Shown here: piece after piece, positions 37,108-49,794 of the stretch
Layout of the letters: every line of letters starts with the position of its first letter
How positions within the stretch are numbered: position 1 is the stretch's first letter
From: Octopus sinensis
Taxonomy: Eukaryota
Length of the DNA: 64,000 nt
Reading direction: 5' to 3'
Assembly: GCF_006345805.1 (NCBI RefSeq)
Contig: NC_043009.1
Span: 64,542,001 to 64,606,000, forward strand
Notes under the pieces: model-generated
What the model was told of the DNA's origin: nothing
Database searches by the model: none
Seen by the model: the letters and a program-made list of their open reading frames with translations, nothing else
Position numbers and translations under genes: made by a program

Positions 37108-38211
37108 AATGCACACACACACATACGACGGGCTTCTTCCGCCTTCCGTCTACCAAATTCACTGACATGGCTTTGATTGACTCGAGGCTACAGTAGAAGA
37201 CACTTACCCAAGGGACAAAACCCGGAATCATGTGGGTGGGAAGCAAGCTTCTTACTATACCGCCACACCTGCGCCCATATTGATTACCTATCGACAGCGT
37301 CCGTATTGATTACCTATGGACAGCGGAAAGGAAATCAAATTATGTAGGTCAACAGAAAGGTCTTCGTAACTGAGAACAACAGGTGTCTTTAAAGCATGAT
37401 TTGTGTACGCGTTGTCCAATATTCTATTTACAGTTTAAGGCACCGAGCTGCCAGAGTCGTTGGCACGCCGGACAAAATTCATGGCAACATTTCCTCCGTC
37501 TTTACGCTCTGGGTTCAAATTCCGCTGAGGTCGACTTTCAGGGTCGATAAAACATGTACCAGTTCGATGTAATTGACTTACCCCCGAAATCACTGGCATT
37601 GTGCTAAAATTTGAAACCAATTCTATGTTCTCTGTTTCCGTTTCTGTGAAATTAGTGAAAGGATTTTGAATATCTGTGATTTCCCTGCAGAATTTCAAGA
37701 AATTCCTCTCATGGTTATATATAGCGTCTCCATCTCATAAATACTTTGGTTTTTCAATACGTGGGCTTATTGATTTGCAAGACTATAGGTAGGTTATTGG
37801 ATTGGTCCGTCTTAACGGTATCATAAATACACGCAGATCTAAACGTTCTTTCCATGTGATGCTAGGAGGGCAATGCGCATGCGTCTTCTTTAAACGGTTG
37901 CAGTTTATTTTTGAAAATGAGATCGCGGAAGTGTCGAAATGTCAGACGTCGTGGATTTAGCAACGTTATTGTTTCGACCCAAACATGAAAAGCAAATAAG
38001 AATAATCGTTAATAAAGAGATCAAACGTGAAAATAGTTGCGCTTTTAATAAAAGGTTTGAAGAAAAAGCTGTTCTCTACATAATTACCCCCTCCCCCCAC
38101 GCACACACTCGCAGGCACACATGCACACACTCATATATTTATGCAACTATCACACACGCATACCCATTTTATACATATATGTGTGTATATGTGTGCGTGT
38201 GTGTGTGTACC

Positions 38212-38675
38212 GTTTCCTTCAGTCTACAGAATTCATATTTTTCCGTCCAAATGATTCTGAAGACTACCGAATAAAGGATAATCAGATGGAACAATCTCCG
38301 GTAAATGTGGTGAGTAGGGCATCGTTTCCTATTCGAACTGCTCCAGCCTTTGGAATGTCTTCTTTGCAGTATGTGGCCGAGCATCATCCTGATGGAAAAA
38401 CACCTTTCGTCTTGAAACCAAAGATGGTAGTTTTTCTTCTAGCATTGATCTAAGTCGCTCAAACTGCTCACAGTAGATCTCCGTTATCGTTTAATTTCGG
38501 TTTAAAAGTTCAAAGTAAACTAAACCTTTCATATCCCACCAAACAGATAACAACACCTTACGTAGGTGAAGACCTTCTTTAGCCTGGGGTGCCGTTGTTT
38601 CTCTTTTTCCTGCCCACTGTCTTCGGCGCTTGACATTTTTATAGAGAACCCATTTCACGTCACCAGTCACGATAT
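38212..38675 (-). mobile_element. mariner transposase DD34D catalytic-domain fragment (pseudogene)
   Basis: IVTGDVKWVLYKN, KVLLSVWWDMKGLVYFELL, FFHQDDARPHTAK, PYSPHLP..PSDYPLF. Confidence 0.9.
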
Positions 38676-38928
38676 ATATATGATATATATATATATATAT
38701 AATATATATATATTATATATATATATATAGTGTGGTGTGTGTGTGGTGTGTGGTGTGTGTGTGTGTAGATACATACATATATATATATATATATAATATA
38801 TGTATATATATATATATGTGTATATATATATATGTTATGTATATATGTATATATATATGTATATGTATATATGTATATATATGTATATATATATATACAC
38901 ATTCATACATATATATATATATATATTA

Positions 38929-38962
<34 letters not shown>

Positions 38963-38992
38963 CTATATAATATATTATATAATATATATATA

Positions 38993-39027
<35 letters not shown>

Positions 39028-39117
39028 TTGAGATGAATATGGTACTTAAGTTGAGGCACCAGAATTTAGTACAGTATTATCCATACAATTTCAAAAATAA
39101 GGTGATTAAAATCGAAA

Positions 39118-39471
39118 TAAGCAACAAGGATATCTAGAGGTAATGCAGTTCGATCGTTTCAAGCAACTCCATTTAATTGAACAATGCAATCATTACATTA
39201 ATTTAAATGCAGAACAATTCTCAGCTGCATAAAGACAATTTAATTAAATCAAAACAGATGGACACATTAGTATAATTTTACCTAAAATCTCCAAGAAGTT
39301 AAGGAGATAGACAAAGAACATGATGTTGTTTTCACTTCAGTTTAGAAGCTACTAAGGTATGCAGCTGAGGATTGCTCTGAATTTAAATTGATGTAATGAT
39401 TGCATTTTTCAATTAAATGGAGTTGATGGAAACAATCGTACTGCATTACCTCTGGATATCCTTATTGCTTA
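39118..39471. mobile_element. Fold-back MITE-like element
   Basis: About 114-bp imperfect inverted arms (39118-39231 and 39358-39471); related single arm at about 2925-2990. Confidence 0.8.
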
Positions 39472-39484
39472 TGTTTATATATAT

Positions 39485-40400
39485 ATATATAATTTACAGA
39501 AAAACAAAAGAGGAAGACAGGTGTATAACTAACAAGCGGGTGTATTAGTTTGATGCTCGAGAAGGTGAGAAAGTCTTTTACGCCGGAAGGCTCGGAGAAT
39601 GGTGCGTTGGAGGGGCAGGCTGGACGGGTGGTAGGTGAAGGGAAACAGAAGACAGGCAACGGTGGGGCGCATGCGAGGAGAGAGAGAGAGAGCAGAGGCA
39701 CGGTCCATGGAACATGCTCTGGCAAGGGCGGTGTGGATAGTGGTGAGGGAAGCTTCACAAAGGATGAAGTTGCGAGCCACGAGTTGAGACAGTCTCAAAG
39801 ACATGGTTGTCAATGCAGAGCCTGGGCAGACGTAGGAGTAGGGGAGGTAGAGATTGGTGTGGGTAGGGTGGGAGGAGGAGAAGTTGAAATATGAGTCTGA
39901 GTCGGTGTGTTTTTAGTGGTGTAGTGAGAGCAGAGTTGTGTATGTTGACCGAAATGTCGAGAAAGGCGACGGAAGTGTTGGAAATGGCGCAGGAGTATTT
40001 CGAGGGCAGGAGGGAAGGATTGGACAAAAGAGAGGAAGAAGTCCAGTTGTTCGCAGGAGGGCGAGGTCACACCGATAGAGTCATCAACATAACGACCGTA
40101 TAGTTCGGGAGTGGGACCAGTGAATCTTGAAAATATTTGGACTTCGAAGTAGCCAACGAACAGGTTCGATTAGTCGGGGCCCATTCTCGTTCCCATGCCC
40201 AATCCCTAGAAATATTGGTAAAACTCCCCCACGAACGAGAAGCAGTTGAGTCAGAGAATAAGTTCGGAAAGACGAAGACGTGTAGAAGTTTTAGGTTGGG
40301 GGTTGGGTCGAAGGTCTAGGAAGTGTTTCAGAGCAAGAAGTCCTTCGTTGTGTGGGATCACCGTATATAAACTCTTGATATCAAGAGTGAAGAGAAGATT
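39485..40400 (-). mobile_element. Penelope-like element RT fragment
   Basis: Frameshifted GMGTRMGP..NLFVGYFE..PELYGRYVDD..SFHP..ISNTSVAFLDISV..FTYHP, typical of PLE RT and thumb. Confidence 0.85.
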
Positions 40401-40501
40401 AGAGGGGCGAGGAGAGATATATTATGTATATGTATCTATGTATCTATGTATGCTTCTATGTATCTATGTATCTATATAAAGTATATCATAATACCACAAT
40501 A

Positions 40502-40867
40502 TCTCTTATATAATGTCCGTTCTGTGTGTGTGGGGCGCTTTTAAGATTTCGGGCATCCTCCATCTGATTGCGCTCAAATTTGATATGCAGATACCGACGG
40601 TATCAGGGCGTGCATAAGTCTCGAAAAGATTACAAAAATCGATACCAGGTGAGAACGCGATCGATAAAGCCGTGGGAAATCATTTTTCTTTGGAATAGAA
40701 AAAAAATCTATCTTTATTTCTTCTTTTGCTGGTGTCTCAAATTTAGGTTAAATCAGTGTTTCTCAAAGGAGAGGCCTATGGAACGGTCGGACAAGTTGTT
40801 TTGAGAAAATTTGGTTTAAATGTTTGACAATTCAGCACCGTCCATTGGACGGGTCACGTTTTTCTCG
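40502..40867 (+). mobile_element. Complete non-autonomous Helitron-like element (366 bp)
   Basis: A|TC start; subterminal hairpin CCGTCC-att-GGACGG at 40838-40852; 11 nt later a CTCG|T end (CTRR variant). Confidence 0.65.
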
Positions 40868-41818
40868 TTTTATATAATAATATAATATCAATCCAAATCC
40901 TTTTATAAACAATACCAAACTCATGATTTTTTAAAAGAAAACTACAAACGTCAACACTTCGATTTTTATTGAACCTATGCAGTGTGACTCATCGATCTAG
41001 TATTATCTAGGAACATTTGTCTGTGAATTCTAAAATAGCACAAAACTAACCTTATATACAAAGAATTATAATCAGTCACAAGAAAACTCCAATACGAATT
41101 GTTACCTGACTACGACACATCTGTTTACTTATTTCTTTTCACGCCTGACTGAGCACTAAACAATAATAACATTCCCCTATCGTACCAGAACAGTTGTTTC
41201 CACCATCCGTTTCACTTAACCCACGCCTTGCAAGCACATACTTTTTTCTTAGCCTTCTCCATTTCTTTCTTCCTACACAAACATTTCCACTGACAACCTA
41301 CATTTAATTCCTATTCATATTACTCCACCCAAAATAAGCCATAGACTAATGACGGCTGCTAAGCCGAAATTTCCTTGTAAAAATGAATATTTATGTGTGT
41401 ATACATGTATGCATGTGCTTATATAAGTATATGTATTCAGACATCCCCTATATATATACATATATGCATACATTTATATGTATATATGTATATATGTATG
41501 TATGTATTTATTATATATATATATATAGTGTGTGTGTGTATAAATTAGAGAAGAACCACCATGTAACAATTCAACAATGATATAATTAAATCATAATATA
41601 TAGAAAAAATTAAATATACGATAAAACATATACCTACAATTAAGTAAAGTACAAAATAAGAAATAAATAGTATATAATTAGTAAAAAGACTATACGTGTT
41701 TCGTGGCTATATTTTCAAACTGATGACAGTAATATCAATTCAATTTAAATATAGTCACTCATCAGGTCCAAGATAAATATGTTAATATATATATATATGG
41801 AGAGAGAGAGAGAGATAG

Positions 41819-41878
<60 letters not shown>

Positions 41879-42301
41879 GCTTCAAGAGGATTTTAACCTA
41901 GTCTACATATTTATATGTAAAGCGTTGCTATTATGTTAAAATGTCGTATGTCCACGTTTCTTTTCTTTTGTTTTTTTTTTCAATATTTAATTTTGCTTGC
42001 AATAGCCGCTTCTTTTGGTCAAACTATCGTTTCTGCAGCTGCTTCAGATGCCAAGATATGAAGATTGTCAAAACGAAGTACAACAGTTTAGCATTACTCA
42101 GAAGTATAGTAAGTCCCACACACGACAGTTATGTTAAAATACTTCTGACAGAAAATAGCATTTATGCGGGGACAAACGATTTTATTGTTGTTAAGCTGAA
42201 ACTGTTGATAATATAAAAAGAAATGGAATGGTGAAACTATTTTTTCGTTTTCTCGACAAGCGATGTTTTTGGACTTACGACACTTTTACACAATAGCAAC
42301 G

Positions 42302-42332
<31 letters not shown>

Positions 42333-42624
42333 TGTATGTATGTATGTATGCATGTATGTATGTATGTATGTATGTATGTATGTATGAATGTATGTATGTA
42401 CGCATGTATGTATGTATGTATGTATGTATGTATGTATGTATGTATGTATGTATGTATGTATGTATGTATGTATGTATGGCTATTACCAGTAAAGGTTTTA
42501 GTTGACAATTTTGTACAAGACATTGAAGATCTTTAGCTGGGCTAAAAAGTCACATTCATTCACAGCACCAGTAACAGATAAGCTTCGTGCAGTGGCCATA
42601 CTCGATAACGAGGGGGCAGCCATA

Positions 42625-42679
<55 letters not shown>

Positions 42680-42701
42680 ATATATATATAGATAGATAGA
42701 T

Positions 42702-42732
<31 letters not shown>

Positions 42733-42758
42733 ACAGGCAGACAGACAAACAGACAGTT

Positions 42759-42856
<98 letters not shown>

Positions 42857-42925
42857 TACATATATGTACCTATGTTAACACCATCTTTAAACAAACATAA
42901 TCCAGATATGCAAAATATATATAAA

Positions 42926-43363
42926 AAGTCAGGATATAATATGTACTAGTTTGCTTGAAAGAAAAATAAAACTTCAAAACCACATATCTCTCACCATATG
43001 TAAACATGCAAGGGGAATGTCTCAAATACATTTAGAAAAACGGTTCTTCCAGTTTGTAAACCTACAAACAGGAGGTACATATCCTAGTATCAAATGCGCA
43101 CGGAAAGGTAAATGTATTTTTAAAAAAACTGTTTGCGCAGTAAGCCTTGCTCATGAGCTTTAAGTGTCAATTCGACACAGATTGTGAAATCAATTGATTC
43201 GGAGATATCTATCCTCCTCTTTGCAGATTTACAAACTGGAAGAACCGTTTTTCTAAATGTATTTGCTACATTCTCCGTGCATGTTTACATATAGTGAAAG
43301 ATACGTGGTTTTGGAGAGTTTTATTCTTCTTTCAAGCAAACGGCACATATTGCACCCTGACTT
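42926..43363. mobile_element. Fold-back MITE-like element
   Basis: About 158-bp imperfect inverted arms (42926-43083 and 43204-43363). Confidence 0.8.
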
Positions 43364-43699
43364 ACATGTATATATATATATACGCACACACAATGGTAGT
43401 CTCTCGTAGACTGAGAAAGACTGTTCTGCCATTTCTAGCTGAACGACCTCTGACACAAACGATTTGTTCAGAGTGATCAAATGTCTGTGCTGTTCAGTAG
43501 CTCAGTGCCGCCATCAAATCGACATTTCTTGAACAGGTGCACGACGTGCTGCACATCAGGTGTCGAAGTCGTCGCACAGCAACGTGGGATGAAGTGTTTT
43601 GCGCAAGAGCACAACGCACCATCCAGGGCACAACTTGAAACTACGGACTCGCGATGGTCAGTGCAACATCCGAACCGCTTGGCCATACACCCTCACAGA

Positions 43700-44443
43700 T
43701 AAACATATACATACATGCATATACACATACATACATACATACATGCATGCATGCATACATACATACATACGTACATACATACATACATGCATATACACAT
43801 ACATACGTACATACATACATACATGCATGCATACATGCATACATACATACATACATATATATGTACGTACGTACGTAAGAGCATAGGTACATACATACGT
43901 ACATGCATGCATGCATGCATGCATACATACACACATACATGCATGCATGCATGCATACATACATACATACATACATACATACCTACATACATACATGCAT
44001 GCATGCATACATACATACATACATACATACATACATACATACATGCATGCATGCATACATACACACATACATGCATGCATGCATGCATACATACATACAT
44101 ACATACATACCTACATACATACATGCATGCATGCATACATACATACATACATACATACATACATACATGCATGCATGCATGCATGCATACATACACACAT
44201 ACATTCATACATACATACATACATACATACATACATACATACATGCATGCATGCATGCATGCATACATACATACATACATTCATACATACATTCATACAT
44301 ACATACATACATACATACATACATACATGCATGCATGCATGCATACATGCATACATGCATACATACATGCATGCATGCATGCATGCATACATACATACAT
44401 ACATACATTCATACATACATACATACATACATACATACATACA

Positions 44444-44478
<35 letters not shown>
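43700..44478. repeat. Compound (TACA)n/(TGCA)n array; similar arrays at 20035-20478, 23478-23628, 42302-42477, 63060-63550
   Basis: Read directly; source of the MYVC/HTYI ORFs. Confidence 0.98.
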
Positions 44479-44886
44479 TGTCCTGGTTATCACTTTAAAC
44501 TGCCTCTGATAGTGGAGCCCTAATTCGGGATTCCTGGAATTCGAAGACTGAAACCCCCACTTTAGCCTATATTGTTCTTATCTCAACTCTGCCTCGGTGT
44601 AATAGTAGCTACCAATGTCTAAGCTATTGATTAATCAGCATGTAAATATGAACCTCAGGAAGTAAGGGGCTCTAAGCTGTTGTCATAGCAACCTTCTAGA
44701 AGAAGGACACTCTAATGCAAAGCCTGTAGGTTCACATGATTTCAGGTCATCTCGCATCGATTTATCACTAGGTACGAACCACGTAGCCTCAGAGACTGTT
44801 ACTCATGTTGTACAAGCGTTTCTCATTATAATCCAATGATATACAGGTGTGTTTTTATCGAGGGCTTATTTGTCATTTATCATTTC

Positions 44887-45670
44887 TATTTCTTTATTGC
44901 CCACAAGGGGCTAAACATAGAGGGGACAAACAAGGACAGACAAAGTGATTAAGCCGATTATATCGACACCAGTGCGTAACTGGTACTTAAATTATTGACC
45001 CCGAAAGGATGAAAGGTAAAGTCGACCTCGGCGGAATTTGAACTCAGAACGTAACGGCAGACGAAATACCCATTTCTTTACTGTCCACAAGGGGCTACAC
45101 ACAGAGGGGACAAACAAGGACAGACAAACGGTTAAGTCGATTACATCGACCCCAGTGCGTAACTGGTACTTTTATTTATCGACCCCGAAAGAATGAAAGG
45201 CAAAGTCGACCTCGGCGGAATTTGAACTCAGAACGTAAAGACAGCCGAAATACCCATTTTTTTACTATCCACAAGGGGCTACACACAGAGGGGACAAACA
45301 AGGACAGACAAACGGATTAAGTCGATTACATCGACCCCAGTGCATAACTGGTACTTAATTTATCGACCCCGAAAGAATGAAAGGCTAAGTCGACCTCGGC
45401 AGAATTTGAACTCGGAACGTAGCGGCAGACGAAATACCTATTTCTTTATTACCCACAAGGGGCTAAACACAGAGGGGACAAACAAGGACAGACATAGGTA
45501 TTAAGTCGATTACATCGACCCCAGTGCATAACTGGTACTTAATTTATCGACCCCGAAAGAATGAAAGGCTAAGTCAACTTCGGCGGAATTTGAACTCGGA
45601 ACGTAGCGGCAGACGAAATAACGCTAAGTATTTCGCCCGGCGTGCTAACGTTTCTGCCAGCTCGCCGCCT
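44887..45670 (-). mobile_element. SINE family B concatemer: one head plus four tandem units of about 184 bp
   Basis: Units start at about 44887, 45071, 45254 and 45439; single A-box head at 45621-45670. Confidence 0.92.
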
Positions 45671-46583
45671 TTGTCAATTATCATTCCATCTACTAAACGT
45701 CCAGCACAATGAAACTGTGATGACGTTTACCGATCTAATCAGCTGGAAACGCACAGGTACGAGGCAGTGTAATTGAATAGTCGTCCGAGAGGTCATGGCC
45801 GGAAAATCAGAAATACCTATTTCTTTATTACCCACAAGGGGCTAAACATAGAGGGAACAAACAAGGACAGACATAGGTATTAAGTCGATTACATCGACCC
45901 CAGTGCGTAACTGGTACTTAATTTATCGACCCCGAAAGGATGAAAGGCAAAGTCGACCTCGGCGGAATTTGAACTCACAACGTAACGGCAGATGAAATAC
46001 CTCTATGCATTTCGCCCGACGTGCTAACGTTTCTGCCAGCTACCGTTGACGAAGATAAATCAGAAGCCGCCTACAATTTCCTATGAAGATGGAACCACCA
46101 TAATAAATGTATGTATGAAGAGCAACGAGGCTCACCTGAAGCATTGCGTTATAAGAAAGCAGAGGAATGCAGTAACGAATTATTATAACCCAGAAATCGC
46201 TGTGTTTCCTTATGGTAACTTCTGGTTCGTTAAAAAATTCGTTACTGCTCTCCTTTGTCGAGGGGAAATGGGTCATTTACCCGAAATATGCAAGCAGTAA
46301 ATAAGTCATTAACTCTTTCCCAGCACGCACTATTTCTTGTCTATTGCCTTTGTCGCTCATTCGAGTTTATGGACAATGTGTAAATAGTTGCGCCTATTTA
46401 TGTGTGTTCAGGTGTATCTGCGAATTTTGTGCACCATACGAAGAAGATTATTTTCCCGCTCAACGAGCTTCCGATAGCTCTTATCAGACATTGGTATGCG
46501 TGTTGTGTATGCGTGTGTGTATGTGCGTAAATATGAACGTGCGTTTGTAAATCTGTATCTACTACCCTTTAAATACATACTAC

Positions 46584-46629
<46 letters not shown>

Positions 46630-46648
46630 TATATTAATACATACATAT

Positions 46649-46748
46649 NNNNNNNNNNNNNNNNNNNNNNNNNNNNNNNNNNNNNNNNNNNNNNNNNNNN
46701 NNNNNNNNNNNNNNNNNNNNNNNNNNNNNNNNNNNNNNNNNNNNNNNN
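46649..46748. other. Assembly gap (100 N)
   Basis: Run of N next to a (TA)n tract. Confidence 1.
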
Positions 46749-46949
46749 AAAGAATTGTGTTTAAGAGTGACCCACATAATGTCGGAATTGTTTTAGATAA
46801 TAGCACAAAGAAATATTGTCGTCAAAGGAACCCTAATTAGAAGTTAGTATATATTAATAAATTCTTCAGCCACTTCCGTACTTGAAGATTTTAGTAAACA
46901 ATATCAGTCTTCTTAAATCAAGCATATCTCTATTGGTGATAAGCATCAC

Positions 46950-47185
46950 ATATTTCTTTACTACCCACAAGGGGCCAAACACAGAAAGGACAAACAAGGA
47001 CAGACAAACGGATTAAGTCGGTTACATAGACCCCAGTGCGTAACTGGTACTTGTTTAATCGACCCCCGAAAGGATGAAAGGCAAAGTGGACCTCGGTGGA
47101 ATTTGAACTCAGAACGTAACGGCAGACTAAATACCGCTAAGCAGTTCGCCCGGCGTGCTAACGTTTCTGCCAGCTCGCCGCCTTT
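46950..47185 (-). mobile_element. SINE family B monomer with 19-bp TSD
   Basis: TATTGGTGATAAGCATCAC at 46931-46949 and 47186-47204. Confidence 0.92.
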
Positions 47186-47356
47186 TATTGGTGATAAGCA
47201 TCACCTTTTAACAAAGTTAATCATAGCTGTAATTAGCAATGTCTAAAAGTTAATATCCGACATTAAAAAAAAGTAGATAGAGAAACTAGTACAGCAACAG
47301 TAAGGCCGTCATTTAACCAACTTAAATGTAACCGTGTTGAGATCGATTGAAGAGAG

Positions 47357-47445
47357 ATAACCAGGTCAAAATAACCAGGTCAAAATAGCCAGGTCAAAAT
47401 AGCCATGTCAAAATAACCAGGTCAGAATAGCCAGGTCAGAATAAC
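47357..47445. repeat. Minisatellite, 6 x 14 bp (ATARCCAGGTCARA)
   Basis: Read directly; no spacers. Confidence 0.9.
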
Positions 47446-48829
47446 GCGTTCCCTTAACACAACGAATCAAACGTGTGAATGCACGCTATCTGAAAGAGAA
47501 GTTGTTCTCTGTGGAGAAAAGGGAACAGCGATTAGCATATTCAAGTTCGAATCTGTCGGAATGATATCAGAATCAATTTGCCATTGTTTTTATTCTCGCT
47601 TTTCTCCATCTATGTAATTAATATATTATCGGTTTGGCAGACATATCAGCAGACACCAGCAAAGAATTTGCTTGCAGATTTCTATAAACAAGAATTAAAC
47701 TTCATGCTTCGATTCATTGATTCGTGGGTATCTTCGCCTGCAACCAGATCGAAACATGTTGAGTCTCGAAGTCTTCTTATACATATATATTTATATTGAT
47801 TAAAGTCAGAAGAATACTCACAAAATATAAAATTACACCATCTAATGATATATATGTATATGTATACACATACACACACACACATACACATATACACACA
47901 CATACATACATACATACATGTATGACTGTGTTTGGTCCTCGCCACTTCTACTACCGCTTGGTAACCGGTGTTGGTGTGTTTATGCCCCTGTAACTGAACG
48001 GTTCGACAAAAGAAACCGATACAGTAAGTACCAGTTATTTGAAAAAAAGAATAGGCACGAGATGTCGATTCGCTTAACAAATTTTTTAAGGCGGTGCTCC
48101 AGCATGGCCGGTGTCAAATGATTGAAACAATTAAGAACAAAAAACCTAAAGGATTGAAAATTGGTTAAAATTGTCTGTCTGTCTGTCTATTCTTTTAACT
48201 GTTTAGTCAAGGAGAGGAAGTCAATGTCCATAACCCTTAATGTGTGTTTGTGTGTATGTGTGTGTGTGTGTGTGTGTGTGCGTGCGTTTGTTTGTGTGAG
48301 TCTGTGTCTGTGCGTGTATACATATATATAATATAAATATAAATATAAATATATGCTTATATATATATATATGAATACACATGCGTGTACATGTGCATAT
48401 GTGTGTGTTTGTGTGTGTGTGGTGTGTGTGTGTGTGTGTGTGTGGTGTGAGCACATCTGTATATATATATATATATATTTTTATATATGTGCAACTTTGT
48501 ATGGGGTTTTGCATGCGCATATGTGTGTTGTGTGTGTGTGTGTGTGTGTGTATTTGTTTTGCTTTTCGCGAATGTGACATTTTGTGATTGTGTTCGAGTG
48601 CAAATAAAGAAATGACACAAATTTACAAAGGGAAGTTCACAGTAAGAAATGTTGACAAGAGAAGACATATGCTTACGCACGCATACACACGCGCACACAA
48701 ACGCGCACGCACACATACACACGACCCCTCACCACCACCATCACCACGGCCCTTACACGCATGCAAATGGCGTCTGTATGCGTATATTGCTACGTGCGTA
48801 GACGTACCACGACAGTTAGTCACCAAGTA

Positions 48830-49110
48830 AAACTTCATCCAAACAGCTATGTTTGAGATCAAACATACACGCCACCCCATTCAGAAACCACCAACGGATA
48901 CCTACCCGACAGTCTCCTCTAAGCCCTATACTCCCTAGCCCTCTTCTCCGTCTTATTATAAGGACCCTTCCTTCTGTGCATCTCCCGTCACAAAAGTATA
49001 ACTGCCACACCCTTTCTTCCTACTTCCCTCTGCTGATCTCTGACTCACTTCCTCCAGAGTCTAGAACAACACTTTCTATCCATTCATTTCCTACTCAGGA
49101 CTAAAAACTT
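48830..49110 (+). mobile_element. Possible Penelope-like linker fragment
   Basis: C/T-rich coding-like text similar in style to the 39.5-kb PLE; weak. Confidence 0.25.
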
Positions 49111-49124
49111 CCCTGTACAATACA

Positions 49125-49794
49125 GTGATTGTCAAACGGGGTTCCCTATGGCCCTTGTGGGTCCGCATAAGATTTTATTGTTAAAATTTATGTGCAGTAA
49201 ATTCCTTATATTTCTACAATACACAAAATATCCTTTTCTACTCTAGGCACAAGGCCCGAAATTTTGGGGGAGAGGGGCAGACGATTAGATCGACCTCAAT
49301 CCGCAACTGGTACTTGATTTATCGGGCCCGAAAAGATGAAAGGCAAAGTCGACCTCGGCGGAATTTGAACTCGGAACGTAGCGGCTGACGAAATACCTAT
49401 TTCTTTATTGTCCACAAGGGGCTAAACATAGAGGGGACAAACAAGTACAGACAAACGGATTAAGTCGATTACATTGACCCCAGTGAGTCACTGGTACTTA
49501 ATTTATCGATCCCGAAAGGATGAAAGGTAAATTCCACCTCGGCGGAATTTGAACTCAAAATGCAGCGGCAGACGAAATACCGCTAAGCCTTTCGCCCGGC
49601 GTGCTAACGTTTCTGCCAGCTCACCGCCTTAGAACAGAAAGATATTGTAACAATGTTTTTTTTATATAATTCCTACTAATATTTAATGATAAAAATATAA
49701 TGGAATTTTTTAAACACTGAATGGTTATGAGGGTCCACCTGAGCAAAATAGAGATCAAAGAGGTCTATAGGTAAAAAAATGGTTGGGAACCATT
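49125..49794. mobile_element. Possible hAT-type MITE interrupted by a SINE dimer
   Basis: Left end CAGTGATTGTCAAAC; right end (reverse complement) AATGGTTCCCAACC; resembles CAGTGGTTCCCAAC-type TIRs. Confidence 0.35.

Noticed and set aside
38562-38636. Apparent first exon MSSAEDSGQEKEKQRHPRLKKVFTY|gtaagg with a TATA-like motif (minus strand)
   Set aside because: Another frame reads GDVKWVLYKNVKRRRQW..LHLRKVLLSVWWD; it is inside the mariner transposase remnant.
44679-44692. RFX X-box GTTGTCATAGCAAC
   Set aside because: Isolated motif; a near-identical one occurs in the mariner subterminal region (20508), so it is uninformative alone.
47357-47445. CRISPR-like arrays (also 28267-28330 and the SINE concatemers)
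   Set aside because: Contiguous tandem units with no unique spacers, no cas genes, eukaryotic context.
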